From NCBI GenBank assembly GCA_012520195.1, contig JAAYOS010000013.1:35436-99435 (forward strand): a stretch of 64,000 nt of DNA, written 5' to 3'. This document shows, in pieces, positions 38,619-48,639 of this stretch. Source of the stretch: Clostridiales bacterium. GTDB lineage: Bacteria > Bacillota > Clostridia > Oscillospirales > JAAYOS01. Numbering within the stretch: the stretch's first letter is position 1; each line of letters begins with the position of its first letter. The position numbers and the translations under genes are program-made. The notes under the pieces are model-generated. The model ran no database searches, had not been told where the DNA came from, and worked only from the letters and a program-made list of their open reading frames with translations.

Positions 38619-39305
38619 ATGAGGGAAATCCAGGGCATTATAGGCTATAAATTCAAGAACAAGAGCCTTATAAGAACAGCTATGACCCACAGTTCCTATG
38701 CAAATGAGAATAAGAGTTCGGGAGTAAAGAGCTACGAGAGATTAGAGTTTTTAGGTGATGCAATTCTCGGCTTTATTACAGGCGAATTTCTTTTTAGAAA
38801 CCGCCAGAACGCAGAGGGGGATCTTACTAGGATGAGAGCCGCTCTGGTCTGCGAACCAAATCTTGCCCGTATCGCAGAGAAGCTAGGTTTGGGCCGTTTT
38901 ATCCTACTTGGCAAGGGTGAGGAGCAGTCGAGGGGTAGAGAGAGACAGTCAATACTTGCAGATGTTCTTGAAGCTATAATTGGTGCGATATATATAGACG
39001 GTGGAATCGAAAATGCGAGCTCATTTATCAATAGATATATTCTCAGTGATGCTGAGGACTTAAATGTAAATATGAGCGGAGATTTCAAAACAGAACTCCA
39101 GGAGTTGGTCCAGCGAAACAGATCAAATACCCTCTCTTACAGACTAGTTGAGGAAAGGGGACCGGACCATAGAAAGAGCTTTAAGGTTCAGGCATTGATA
39201 AACGATGAACCAGTCGGTGACGGTTGGGGGCGCTCCAAAAAGGAAGCAGAGCAGGAAGCTGCTGGCAACGCACTGAAACATCTGAGGAAGGACGCCAAAA
39301 CCTAA
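38619..39305 (+). CDS. rnc: ribonuclease III
   Basis: ERLEFLGDAIL signature and a C-terminal dsRBD (GPDHRKSFKV ... GRSKKEAEQEAA). Confidence 0.95.
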   Translation: MREIQGIIGYKFKNKSLIRTAMTHSSYANENKSSGVKSYERLEFLGDAILGFITGEFLFRNRQNAEGDLTRMRAALVCEPNLARIAEKLGLGRFILLGKGEEQSRGRERQSILADVLEAIIGAIYIDGGIENASSFINRYILSDAEDLNVNMSGDFKTELQELVQRNRSNTLSYRLVEERGPDHRKSFKVQALINDEPVGDGWGRSKKEAEQEAAGNALKHLRKDAKT

Positions 39306-40477
39306 TGAAACCAAAAAAATCCATTATCCCGGTATTTATTCCCCATTTAGGATGTCCCTGTAGATGTGTGTTCTGCAATCAAGACTCCATAACCTCAGTT
39401 AAATGCTCTGAAAACGGAAAAAGCATGCCTACACCAGATGAAGTGGCAGGTATAATTGAGAGAGGTGTTGAGGTGTCGGGGAAGGGGGCAGAGGTTGCGT
39501 TCTACGGCGGTAGCTTTACCGCAATCTCAATGTCATTACAAAGAGCATATCTTGAAGTTGCTCATAAGTATGTATCAGACAACCTTTTATCGGGAATAAG
39601 GGTATCCACCCGACCGGATGCCATTGACGGAGACATCTTATCGGAACTGCGGCGTTTCGGCGTCAGCACAATAGAATTAGGCGCCCAGTCCATGGAGGAC
39701 AAGGTGCTGTTGTTGTCCAGACGCGGGCATACTGCAGCCGATACCGTAAGAGCATCCCGTCTTATACGAGATATGAACTTCTCGCTTATCCTTCAGATGA
39801 TGGTCGGTCTCCCCGGTGAGACACCCGATTCTCCCATGTATACTGCCGGGCAGATTGCAGACTTACAGCCTGAAGGTGTGCGAATATATCCGACTGCAAT
39901 TTTAAAAGAGACAGAGTTGGAAGAGATGTGGAGAAGGGGAGAGTACTCCCCCTTGGAGCTATCTGAGGCAGTAAATATATGTACTGACCTTATCGTATTC
40001 TTTGAAGAGCGAGACATTGCGGTTCTAAGGGTTGGGCTCAACCCCTCGGAAGACCTGGATTCAGAGGTGCTTGCGGGGGTATATCATCCTGCGTTCGGAG
40101 ATTTATGCCGCTCTGAGCTGGTTTTCCGAACTACTCGGCGCATGTTGTCAGATGCATTGGACAATGAGCATGGTGCCCATGGAAGAACTGCTGTTTTTTG
40201 TGTTGCCGACAGCCAGCGCTCACTGTTTGTGGGACAGCACAGGTCCAACATTAGGCGGCTGATTGAGGTGTTTCAGCTTGAAGGCATATGCATCTGTAAT
40301 AAGCACCGGATATCAGCAACAAACTACAGTGTTCACAAACACAATACTAACAAGGTAATAACTACTAAATCAAAAGTAAATATAAGAGATATTATCAACA
40401 GGGAACAGTCATTAGCAACCAATACAGAGAACCCTGCAGATGAACAAGTGTGTGTTGAACTTCTTGGAATATTTTGA
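39305..40477 (+). CDS. radical SAM protein (ELP3-like radical SAM core, no acetyltransferase domain)
   Basis: IPVFIPHLGCPCRCVFCNQ contains CX3CX2C. TIM-barrel radical SAM length. Start ATG 39305 in a TAATG overlap with the rnc stop. Confidence 0.8.
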   Translation: MKPKKSIIPVFIPHLGCPCRCVFCNQDSITSVKCSENGKSMPTPDEVAGIIERGVEVSGKGAEVAFYGGSFTAISMSLQRAYLEVAHKYVSDNLLSGIRVSTRPDAIDGDILSELRRFGVSTIELGAQSMEDKVLLLSRRGHTAADTVRASRLIRDMNFSLILQMMVGLPGETPDSPMYTAGQIADLQPEGVRIYPTAILKETELEEMWRRGEYSPLELSEAVNICTDLIVFFEERDIAVLRVGLNPSEDLDSEVLAGVYHPAFGDLCRSELVFRTTRRMLSDALDNEHGAHGRTAVFCVADSQRSLFVGQHRSNIRRLIEVFQLEGICICNKHRISATNYSVHKHNTNKVITTKSKVNIRDIINREQSLATNTENPADEQVCVELLGIF

Positions 40478-40516
40478 TAGAATAATGTGTCTGAATTTAT
40501 ACGTGGGGTGTATGCT

Positions 40517-43500
40517 TTGTATTTGAAATCATTGGAGATGAGAGGATTCAAATCATTTCCAGATAAGACTGTTTTGAATTTCGACAGTGGAATAACCGCT
40601 ATCGTGGGTCCAAACGGAAGCGGAAAATCAAATATTTCCGACGCAATCCGCTGGGTTTTGGGCGAACAGTCCACAAAAGCCCTGCGTGGTGCGAAAATGG
40701 AGGATGTCATCTTTGGGGGCACAGAGGACCGCGGACCTATGGCCTATGCCGAGGTTTCGCTAATCCTCGATAACAGCGACCACGCGCTGCCCATTGAAGA
40801 TACAGAGGTCATGGTGACGCGCAGGTACTACCGCTCAAGTGAGAGTGAGTTTTACATAAACAAATCATCTGTAAGGCTGAGAGATATCCATGAATTATTC
40901 ATGGATACCGGACTGGGCCGCGATGGGTATTCTGTGATTGGCCAGGGCAGAATAGATGAGATACTTTCTGTTAAGAGCACAGATCGCCGTGAGATATTTG
41001 AAGAGGCTGCTGGAATCTCCAAATACCGTTACCGAAAGGATGAATCGGAGCGGAAACTTGATGCGACAGAATCAAACCTCGTAAGGATCAACGATAAGAT
41101 CAGCGAGCTTGAGTTTACTGTCGGACCTCTCAAAGAGCAGGCCGAGCAGGCAGAGAAATATCTCAAACTAAGAGATGAGCTGCGTGTGCTAGAGGTATCT
41201 GTCTGGCATGCGAATTTGCTGAACGTTAAGTCTAAGGCGGAAGAGGTACTAAACGACTACAAGAATATAACTTCTCAACTCGAGAATGAACAGGCAGAGC
41301 TTGAAGCGCTATATAACCACTCTGAAGAACTGACTGAAGAGATGCGTGAAAAGGAGAAAGAGATAGAGTTATGCCGTGAAAAGCAAAGTCGTTTAGAAGA
41401 GGAGCTCTCTGCTATTGAAAGTGAAATAGCGGTCCTTTCCTCAACAAAGAAGAATATTCTTGAGAACATAAATCGTCTCAAGGATGAGATAGCTGAACAG
41501 TCAGAGCGTGCATCTGATCTTGAAACACAGATCGAGGAAAGTGAAGCCCGAATTCAACGTATAGATGGGCAGCTTGCAGATATAGATACTGAGCTCCTAA
41601 AGCTTAATGATGATGTTACAGCAATCTCTGGTTCCTCAGCAGATCTGGCTCGTAAGGTTGACGCATTGGGTGCAAAGGGGATAAGCGAGGAAAACGAGAT
41701 AAACCGCCTGCGCATGGAGATGAAAGCACTTGAGTCCACATGTACCGAACTGGAGCAGCGCAGAGAGGAACTCGGCACTGACCTCGATAGCAGGCGCGAG
41801 CTTATCAAGAGCCTCGAAAATCAGTGTATAGAGGTAGAAAAAAGCCTGAGAGAACGCAGACAGGAAGCTGAATCGCTTAGCAATGTTATATCAGGTTACG
41901 AAATTAGACTGCAGAGCAGACAGAGAAAGCTTCAGGCTGCAACAGAGGATCATAGCAGGCTAAATCTTAGACTGCATGCCGAAGAAGACCGCATAAAGAT
42001 GCTTTCAGATATGGAGCGTGATTATGAGGGCTTCTCTAGGGCTGTTAAACTTATAATGAACGAGAGCAACAGGGGAAACTTAAGGGGAGTACATGGTCCT
42101 CTTTCAATGCTCATAAAAACAAGTGACGATCACGCCCTTGCGATTGAAACCGCACTAGGTTCAGGTCTACAGAACATTGTAGTAAACAACGATCAGGATG
42201 CAAAGGCAGCAATCGAGCTACTCAAGCAGCGTAACGGGGGAAGAGCTACTTTCCTTCCCATATCAGCAATTCGCGGACGGAGATTGAACACTAGACTAGA
42301 TTCTGAACGGGGCTTTATCGGTATTGCATGCGACCTTGTCAAAGCCGATAATCAATTCAGAGAGATAATCGAAAATGCACTCGGACGTACGGTCATTGTT
42401 GAGGATCTGGATTATGCCATAGCGATCGCCAAGAAGTACAGCTATGGTTTCCGAATAGTCACACTGGATGGACAAGTAGTAAATGCAGGCGGATCAATGA
42501 CAGGCGGCAGCAGTTCAAAAAACACCGGTATACTTGTACGCTCAAACGAGCTGGACAGGCTTAGAAGAGGTATTGGGGAGACACGGGCTCTTCTTGAGAA
42601 AGCGGAGGCGGGACTTAAAGAGATAAAGCGTGAAGTAACCGCAGCTGAATATGAGTTAGATGTCGCGAAAAATGAGCACCGCCTCGCCGAAGAGAATGTT
42701 CTCAAAACGGAAGGTGAGCTGTCAGTTCTGACAAGTAGGCTTGAGAGTAACAGTCAGATAGAGGCAAGTATCAGTCGTGAGATCGAGAATATCGACAAGA
42801 GGATTACCGGCGTCAGACAATCAACAGAGCAGCTCGCTAGCCTTGTATTGATTCATGAGAGCAAAAGAGAAGAGATAAACTCAGAAATAGAGAAGATTAG
42901 ACGAGAGCACGCTGATCTGGAGACAACCAGAGGCGAGCTTAGTGAGAGGGCTGCTGCTCTTAGAGAGCAGAGAAGTGGATGTGTCGGAGAGAGGGAGACA
43001 CTAATAAGAAACATCCGTGAGCTGAAGAAGCTCGAGGAGACCTATTCGGAGGACAGCCTAAAGCGTGAAACCTTCATTGAAGGTTACAGGGAGCGGATGA
43101 CTTCGATAGACGACGAACTTCTTCAGAAGCGGGAGCAGACCGAAATTCTGGTCCAAAAGCGTCAGGAGCTCCGCAATAAGACCGAGGAGCTCATCAAGTC
43201 TAAGCTTGAGCTTGAGTCTGATCGGACAAGGACCGACAGGAAAAGCAAGGAGAAAAATGAAGTTATCCTGCGTCTACAGCGGGAGCATGGCAGGCTTGAG
43301 CAGAAAAGGAATGAGTCGGAGATATTTGAACAGCAGATTACGGATAAACTCTGGGACACATACGGATTGACGAAATCAACTGCAGAACCCTATGTAACCG
43401 AACTTACTTCAATATCTGCGGCCAACAAAAATATCTCCCGAATCAAGCGCGAAATGTCAGCTTTAGGTGATGTGAATATTGGAGCAATTGAGGAGTACAA

Positions 43501-44089
43501 GCGCATTTCCGAGAGATACAACTACCTAATATCCCAGCGCAACGATGTGGAAAAAGCGAAAAATGATCTTGTTGAGATCATAGAGGACATAACAAAGCAG
43601 ATGAAGGATATTTTCCGCGTTCGTTTTGCAGAGATAAATGAGAGTTTTTCGGAGACATTTGCTGAAATATTCGGTGGCGGGAGTGCAAGGCTGGAGCTTG
43701 AGGACGAGGACGATATCCTCAACTGTGGTATTGAGATACATGTACGTCTACCTGGCAAGTCGTTAAAGACCATATCCCTCCTGTCCGGCGGAGAAAAAGC
43801 GTTCGTAGCTATAGCTCTGTACTTTGCAATCCTTAAAGTAAGCCCCACATCTTTCTGTGTACTTGACGAGATAGACGCCGCACTCGATGATGTAAATGTT
43901 ACGCGTTTTGCTCAGTACTTGCACAGATTGGTCGATAAGACACAGTTTATACTGATTACACACAGGCGTGGGACAATGGATGAGTGTGACCTTCTTTACG
44001 GTGTAACAATGGAGAAGTCAGGCCAATCAAAGATTTTGGCACTTAACATCAATGAGGCGGAGCGTGAGCTGGGTATACAGGCTATTTAG
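40517..44089 (+). CDS. smc: chromosome segregation protein SMC
   Basis: N-terminal YLKSLEMRGFKSF ... GPNGSGKSN, central hinge, C-terminal LSGGEKA ... VLDEIDAALD. Likely TTG start at 40517, giving MYLKSLE; the track start is GTG 40487. Confidence 0.95.
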   Translation: MYLKSLEMRGFKSFPDKTVLNFDSGITAIVGPNGSGKSNISDAIRWVLGEQSTKALRGAKMEDVIFGGTEDRGPMAYAEVSLILDNSDHALPIEDTEVMVTRRYYRSSESEFYINKSSVRLRDIHELFMDTGLGRDGYSVIGQGRIDEILSVKSTDRREIFEEAAGISKYRYRKDESERKLDATESNLVRINDKISELEFTVGPLKEQAEQAEKYLKLRDELRVLEVSVWHANLLNVKSKAEEVLNDYKNITSQLENEQAELEALYNHSEELTEEMREKEKEIELCREKQSRLEEELSAIESEIAVLSSTKKNILENINRLKDEIAEQSERASDLETQIEESEARIQRIDGQLADIDTELLKLNDDVTAISGSSADLARKVDALGAKGISEENEINRLRMEMKALESTCTELEQRREELGTDLDSRRELIKSLENQCIEVEKSLRERRQEAESLSNVISGYEIRLQSRQRKLQAATEDHSRLNLRLHAEEDRIKMLSDMERDYEGFSRAVKLIMNESNRGNLRGVHGPLSMLIKTSDDHALAIETALGSGLQNIVVNNDQDAKAAIELLKQRNGGRATFLPISAIRGRRLNTRLDSERGFIGIACDLVKADNQFREIIENALGRTVIVEDLDYAIAIAKKYSYGFRIVTLDGQVVNAGGSMTGGSSSKNTGILVRSNELDRLRRGIGETRALLEKAEAGLKEIKREVTAAEYELDVAKNEHRLAEENVLKTEGELSVLTSRLESNSQIEASISREIENIDKRITGVRQSTEQLASLVLIHESKREEINSEIEKIRREHADLETTRGELSERAAALREQRSGCVGERETLIRNIRELKKLEETYSEDSLKRETFIEGYRERMTSIDDELLQKREQTEILVQKRQELRNKTEELIKSKLELESDRTRTDRKSKEKNEVILRLQREHGRLEQKRNESEIFEQQITDKLWDTYGLTKSTAEPYVTELTSISAANKNISRIKREMSALGDVNIGAIEEYKRISERYNYLISQRNDVEKAKNDLVEIIEDITKQMKDIFRVRFAEINESFSETFAEIFGGGSARLELEDEDDILNCGIEIHVRLPGKSLKTISLLSGGEKAFVAIALYFAILKVSPTSFCVLDEIDAALDDVNVTRFAQYLHRLVDKTQFILITHRRGTMDECDLLYGVTMEKSGQSKILALNINEAERELGIQAI

Positions 44090-44138
44090 TCTGTAGAGCA
44101 AAAAACATTCCATGACTATGAAGCAAGGAGAAGACAAG

Positions 44139-45074
44139 ATGTCCTTTTTTGATAAGATTAAGAGCGGACTTTCAAAAACGAGAGCGGCTGTCACTGGACA
44201 GTTAGAACAGATATTCAGTGACTTCAGGAGAGCGGATGAATCGTTTTTCGAGGAACTGGAGGAAACTCTAATACTGGCCGATGTCGGAGTCTCCACTTCC
44301 CTAGATATAGTTGAAAATCTGCGCAAGCAGACCAAGGAAAGAAAGCTAAATGATTCTGACAGCATAAAAAAAGCACTTGAGGACATTATAGCGGACATTC
44401 TTATAGGCTGTGGAAGTGATGAAGGAAACGAGCAGTTTGGGGACACAACTAAAGCTGAAAAGCACCCTAAAGTGATTCTGGTTGTAGGTGTAAATGGAGT
44501 CGGAAAGACTACCACCATTGGAAAGATCGCAGCAAATCTTGCAGAACAGGGCAAGAAGGTACTTCTTTGTGCGGCAGATACATTCAGAGCCGCTGCAGCC
44601 GATCAACTGGAAATATGGGCTGAGCGCTCAGGAGCCGGAATAATCCGTCAGAAAGAGGGCGCAAATCCCGCTGCAGTCGTATTTGACGCATGTGCAGCAG
44701 CTAAAGCCCGGGGGTATGATTACCTCATCTGTGATACCGCAGGAAGGCTACACAACAAGCAAAATCTGATGAATGAGCTGGCAAAGATAAGCAGGGTGAT
44801 CGATAAGGAGATGCCTGAATCTGAGAAGGAGACTCTCCTTGTGATCGACGCCACCACAGGTCAGAACGGCCTGATACAGGCAAAGCAGTTTAGAGATATC
44901 GTGAACATTACCGGGATTGCGCTCACAAAGCTAGACGGCACAGCAAAGGGTGGCATTGTAATTGCGATATCAAGTGAGTTGGCAATACCCGTCCGCTACA
45001 TCGGTGTTGGTGAACAGGTTGATGACCTGTTACAGTTTGATGCACGGGACTTTGCGCACGCACTGCTTAGCTAA
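44139..45074 (+). CDS. ftsY: signal recognition particle receptor FtsY
   Basis: NG domain: GVNGVGKTTTIGK, DTAGRLHN, LTKLDGTAKGG. Start ATG 44139 behind AAGGAGAAG. Confidence 0.95.
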   Translation: MSFFDKIKSGLSKTRAAVTGQLEQIFSDFRRADESFFEELEETLILADVGVSTSLDIVENLRKQTKERKLNDSDSIKKALEDIIADILIGCGSDEGNEQFGDTTKAEKHPKVILVVGVNGVGKTTTIGKIAANLAEQGKKVLLCAADTFRAAAADQLEIWAERSGAGIIRQKEGANPAAVVFDACAAAKARGYDYLICDTAGRLHNKQNLMNELAKISRVIDKEMPESEKETLLVIDATTGQNGLIQAKQFRDIVNITGIALTKLDGTAKGGIVIAISSELAIPVRYIGVGEQVDDLLQFDARDFAHALLS

Positions 45075-45106
45075 ACTTGCTCCGAATATCTGGAGGTTTG
45101 CAACTT

Positions 45107-45685
45107 ATGAAACTGGTTGCCGCTACTAACAATAGAGATAAGCTCAGAGAGCTCCGCTCAATACTATCGCAGTTGGGCATCGATGTTCTAAGCCTTGATG
45201 AAGCGGGGTTTACTGGAGAGATAATCGAGACAGGTACAACCTTCGAAGAAAATGCAATAATCAAGTGCGAGACTGTGATGAGAGAAACGGGTCTTTGTGC
45301 TATCGGCGATGACTCGGGACTTGTAGTGGATGCACTTGGAGGTGAGCCTGGAATATATTCTGCACGTTATGCAGAGCCGGGAAAACGGAAGCAAAAAGTT
45401 CTAGAGAAGTTGCGTTCGGTTCCTGAGGAGAAACGCACCGCACGTTTTGTTGCGGCGATAGCGTGTGTCTTCCCCGACGGAGAAACTATTACTGCTATTG
45501 GCAAATGTGAAGGAAGAATACTGACCGAATGTCGAGGAGATAAAGGATTTGGGTATGATCCTATATTTTACGTCCCCGAATATGATATGACGTTTGCTGA
45601 GATGCCCTCATCACTAAAAAATCGTATTTCACACCGGGCAAAAGGAATTGAACTTATGGTGGAAAAATTGAAAGGAAGACTGTAA
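45107..45685 (+). CDS. rdgB: dITP/XTP pyrophosphatase (RdgB/HAM1 family)
   Basis: MKLVAATNNRDKLRE start, FEENA, GDDSGL, and the SHR motif near the C-terminus. GGAGG RBS. Confidence 0.92.
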   Translation: MKLVAATNNRDKLRELRSILSQLGIDVLSLDEAGFTGEIIETGTTFEENAIIKCETVMRETGLCAIGDDSGLVVDALGGEPGIYSARYAEPGKRKQKVLEKLRSVPEEKRTARFVAAIACVFPDGETITAIGKCEGRILTECRGDKGFGYDPIFYVPEYDMTFAEMPSSLKNRISHRAKGIELMVEKLKGRL

Positions 45686-45686
45686 T

Positions 45687-45971
45687 ATGTTGTCATCAAA
45701 AGAGCGAGCAAAGCTTCGTGCAATGGCAAACGGGATTGAGACAATTCTCCTGATCGGAAAGGATGGCATAACGGAGAATGTCATAAAGCAGGCAGACGGC
45801 GCACTGAAGAAGCGTCAGCTCATTAAGTGTAAAGTGCTTGAATCGGCATTGATGACTGCGAGGGAGGCCTCCGATGAACTGTCGGAATTGACCGGTAGTG
45901 AGCCGGTTCAGACTATTGGAAACAGGTTTGTGCTGTATAGGCCAAATCCGGAAAATCCTCTTATCCAGTAA
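45687..45971 (+). CDS. yhbY: YhbY/CRM-domain RNA-binding protein
   Basis: 94 aa. LSSKERAKLRAMANGIETILLIGKDGIT ... LIKCKVL, the pattern typical of YhbY (YqeI). Confidence 0.85.
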   Translation: MLSSKERAKLRAMANGIETILLIGKDGITENVIKQADGALKKRQLIKCKVLESALMTAREASDELSELTGSEPVQTIGNRFVLYRPNPENPLIQ

Positions 45972-46076
45972 AGTCTAAGTTAAGGTCTTTGCTTTTTGCC
46001 TATTATCTTTCCATAGGACTATATGTAGGGTAAACAGGCAGTGGTAGGCTGCATGTGTGAAAGGTCTGATCTGTCT

Positions 46077-47324
46077 ATGGATAACAATTACAAAAGGGTT
46101 GGAGTTTTTGGCGGAGCGTTTAACCCTCCCCATAATGGGCATGTTGCCGCTGCTGATACTGCAATACGAAGCCTCAGTCTGGATAAGCTCCTTGTAATCC
46201 CTACTGGCTCGTCTCCACACAAAACTCTCGCAGATGGATCTCCTAATGGGTTCCACAGATATAAAATGACTCAGCTTGCCTTTAGCAACATGGAAAAAGT
46301 CGAGGTGCTGGACATTGAGCTAAATCGCAGTGGTCCAAGCTACACATCGGACACACTAAAAGAGATCACCAGGATGTATCCCTTGGCTGAACTCTTTTTG
46401 GTCGTCGGAGCAGATATGTTTCTGACTGTTCAGGACTGGCACTGTCCTGAAGTAATCTTTAGGCTCTCAACACTGTGTGCTCTCTGCAGGGAGAGTGGTC
46501 AGCTTGATGATTTAATCGACCACAAAGATTATCTTATGGAGAAATTTAACGCCAAAAGTATAATCCTCGAGAATGAGGCAATCGAACTCTCCTCGACCGA
46601 GATAAGAAATAAAGTCAGAATATGTGTTGATTCAGATTTGGTGCCACCGAAGGTTTTGGAATATATACTTGAAAATAATCTGTATATCAAGAGAGATGAC
46701 ACTTATCCAAAACTTGCTGAGGTAAAGAATATCGACGATTTTCAAAATGTTGTCGGAGAAGTTACCTATCAAAAGGCACTGTCACATATTCCACCCTCAA
46801 GGAAAGCCCATGTTGAGGGGTGTGTAAGTGAGGCAATACGACTTGCAAACCATTGGGGATATGACCCACAACGGGCTGCCACAGCGGCTCTTTTCCACGA
46901 CATTACAAAATCCCATAATCTTGAAGAACAATTGAATCTGTGTAGGAAATATGGTATAATACCACGAACAGTAGACAAGGTATCTTTCCCTACTCTGCAT
47001 GCAATCACTGGCGCTGCAGCAGCACGTGAGCTATATGGTGTGGACAAGGGTGTAGAGTCAGCAATTCGTTACCACACCACCGGCAAGGCCAATATGGACA
47101 GACTGGAAATAATTCTCTATCTGGCCGATTATATTGAGCCGACCCGCAACTTCAGAGGTGCTGCAGAGGTCAGGTATTTCGCATACAAAGATTTGGACTT
47201 TGCAATGATGATTGCGTTGAAGAACACTATTGAAGAGGTGTGTCGAAGCTGCCGTCATCTTTCTCCGGACACTGTTGAAGCGTACAACTTCTACCTATCG
47301 CAGTGTATAAGGAAGCCCTATTAA
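46077..47324 (+). CDS. nadD: fusion protein: nicotinate-nucleotide adenylyltransferase NadD (N-terminal) plus HD-domain YqeK (C-terminal)
   Basis: N-terminal GVFGGAFNPPHNGH and SSTEIR motifs, ending about aa 200. A linker follows, then an HD domain (HVEGCVSEAIRLA ... ALFHDITK ... RYHTTG) in one uninterrupted frame. Confidence 0.85.
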   Translation: MDNNYKRVGVFGGAFNPPHNGHVAAADTAIRSLSLDKLLVIPTGSSPHKTLADGSPNGFHRYKMTQLAFSNMEKVEVLDIELNRSGPSYTSDTLKEITRMYPLAELFLVVGADMFLTVQDWHCPEVIFRLSTLCALCRESGQLDDLIDHKDYLMEKFNAKSIILENEAIELSSTEIRNKVRICVDSDLVPPKVLEYILENNLYIKRDDTYPKLAEVKNIDDFQNVVGEVTYQKALSHIPPSRKAHVEGCVSEAIRLANHWGYDPQRAATAALFHDITKSHNLEEQLNLCRKYGIIPRTVDKVSFPTLHAITGAAAARELYGVDKGVESAIRYHTTGKANMDRLEIILYLADYIEPTRNFRGAAEVRYFAYKDLDFAMMIALKNTIEEVCRSCRHLSPDTVEAYNFYLSQCIRKPY

Positions 47325-47367
47325 TTCTGCAGCCGGAACAAATATATAAAGGCAAAGTCTTAATAAG

Positions 47368-47390
47368 AAGGGTATACTACCCTTACTTTA
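47368..47390 (+). terminator. candidate short terminator after nadD-yqeK
   Basis: AAGGGTA-TAC-TACCCTT followed by ACTTTAATT. Short stem and weak T tract. Confidence 0.35.
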
Positions 47391-47414
47391 ATTATGACAG
47401 GAATGGATTAACAT

Positions 47415-48611
47415 ATGGCTTCTGGAAGACCAAAGCGTTCAAGCACAAGTGGGAGGCGAGCTAACGGTACCGTAAAGCTCGGAGATGTCAAAAACAGTGT
47501 CACTGCATCAAAAAAACCAAATAAACCAGCAAGAAAGACTGCGGACAAGAACCTGAAAAGGAAAGGTGGCAACAACTCAAAGAGAGTTAAGGGCAAGAGA
47601 TCAAGGGTTGCTGTCGCCGCTGTTTTATGGACAGTAATCATACTGGCTGCTCTTTTGTATTTAGCATATAAGCTCACTGTAAAGCCGCCGATAATCACGC
47701 CGGTTCCAACGCCTACAACGAGCCATAATATAGATGACCCCCAAAAACCGGAAGACGATAATACGACTCAAAATCCGCAGAATTCTATACCTCCGGAAGA
47801 TGATACTCCTGCGATAGTACGCAAGGACAACTTCTATACTTTTCTTGTTATTGGAAAGGATAAGGTTGGGAAGAATACAGATGTATTGATGGTAGGGTCC
47901 TACGATGCGAAAAATGTTCAGGCAAACATTGTGAACATTCCCAGGGACACAATGGTCAATGTCTCACGAAAGGTGAAAAAGATCAATGCGGCATATGCAT
48001 ATGGGGGTATTGAGAATCTCAAGGAAGAAATCTCTTTACTGATTGGATTTAAGCCGGATTTCTACATACTGGTTGAGCTCGACGGGTTCGTTACTCTGAT
48101 TGATGCAATTGACGGTGTTGATTTCTATGTCCCAATCGATATGGACTACGACGATCCGGGTCAGGATCTAAGTATCCACCATAAAAAGGGTCTTAAGCAT
48201 TTAGATGGCCAGGCCGCACTTGAAGTGGTCCGTTTCCGCCACAACAATGACGGATCGGGGTATCCTCGTCAGGACCTTGATAGAATACAGACGACTCAGA
48301 ATCTTATGACGGCAGTTGCGAAAAAGATGATAAATCTAAAGACTCTGTTAAAGATAAACGAGCTTGTGGATATAGCCAAGGAGAACCTGGACACTGACTT
48401 GAAAGCAGGCGAGATGTTATGGCTTGCCAAGGAGGCCCTAAAAGTTGATGTCGGGTCTGGACTGCATTTCTACACATATTCAGAGGAAACCTGCATGTAT
48501 AAAGGTTTATCTTACGTTTATGCGACAGAGGATGAGGCGCTTAAGTTGATAAACTCCACAATCAACCCATATACTACTGATATAACAAACTTAGACTTAA
48601 TCAAACCCTGA
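47415..48611 (+). CDS. LytR-CpsA-Psr (LCP) family protein
   Basis: Long basic cytoplasmic tail, a single TM, and an LCP domain (NFYTFLVIGKD ... TDVLMVGSYD ... NIPRDT ... VRFRH). Confidence 0.85.
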   Translation: MASGRPKRSSTSGRRANGTVKLGDVKNSVTASKKPNKPARKTADKNLKRKGGNNSKRVKGKRSRVAVAAVLWTVIILAALLYLAYKLTVKPPIITPVPTPTTSHNIDDPQKPEDDNTTQNPQNSIPPEDDTPAIVRKDNFYTFLVIGKDKVGKNTDVLMVGSYDAKNVQANIVNIPRDTMVNVSRKVKKINAAYAYGGIENLKEEISLLIGFKPDFYILVELDGFVTLIDAIDGVDFYVPIDMDYDDPGQDLSIHHKKGLKHLDGQAALEVVRFRHNNDGSGYPRQDLDRIQTTQNLMTAVAKKMINLKTLLKINELVDIAKENLDTDLKAGEMLWLAKEALKVDVGSGLHFYTYSEETCMYKGLSYVYATEDEALKLINSTINPYTTDITNLDLIKP

Positions 48612-48639
48612 TTCTATTTAATATGGAGGTAATAATTTA

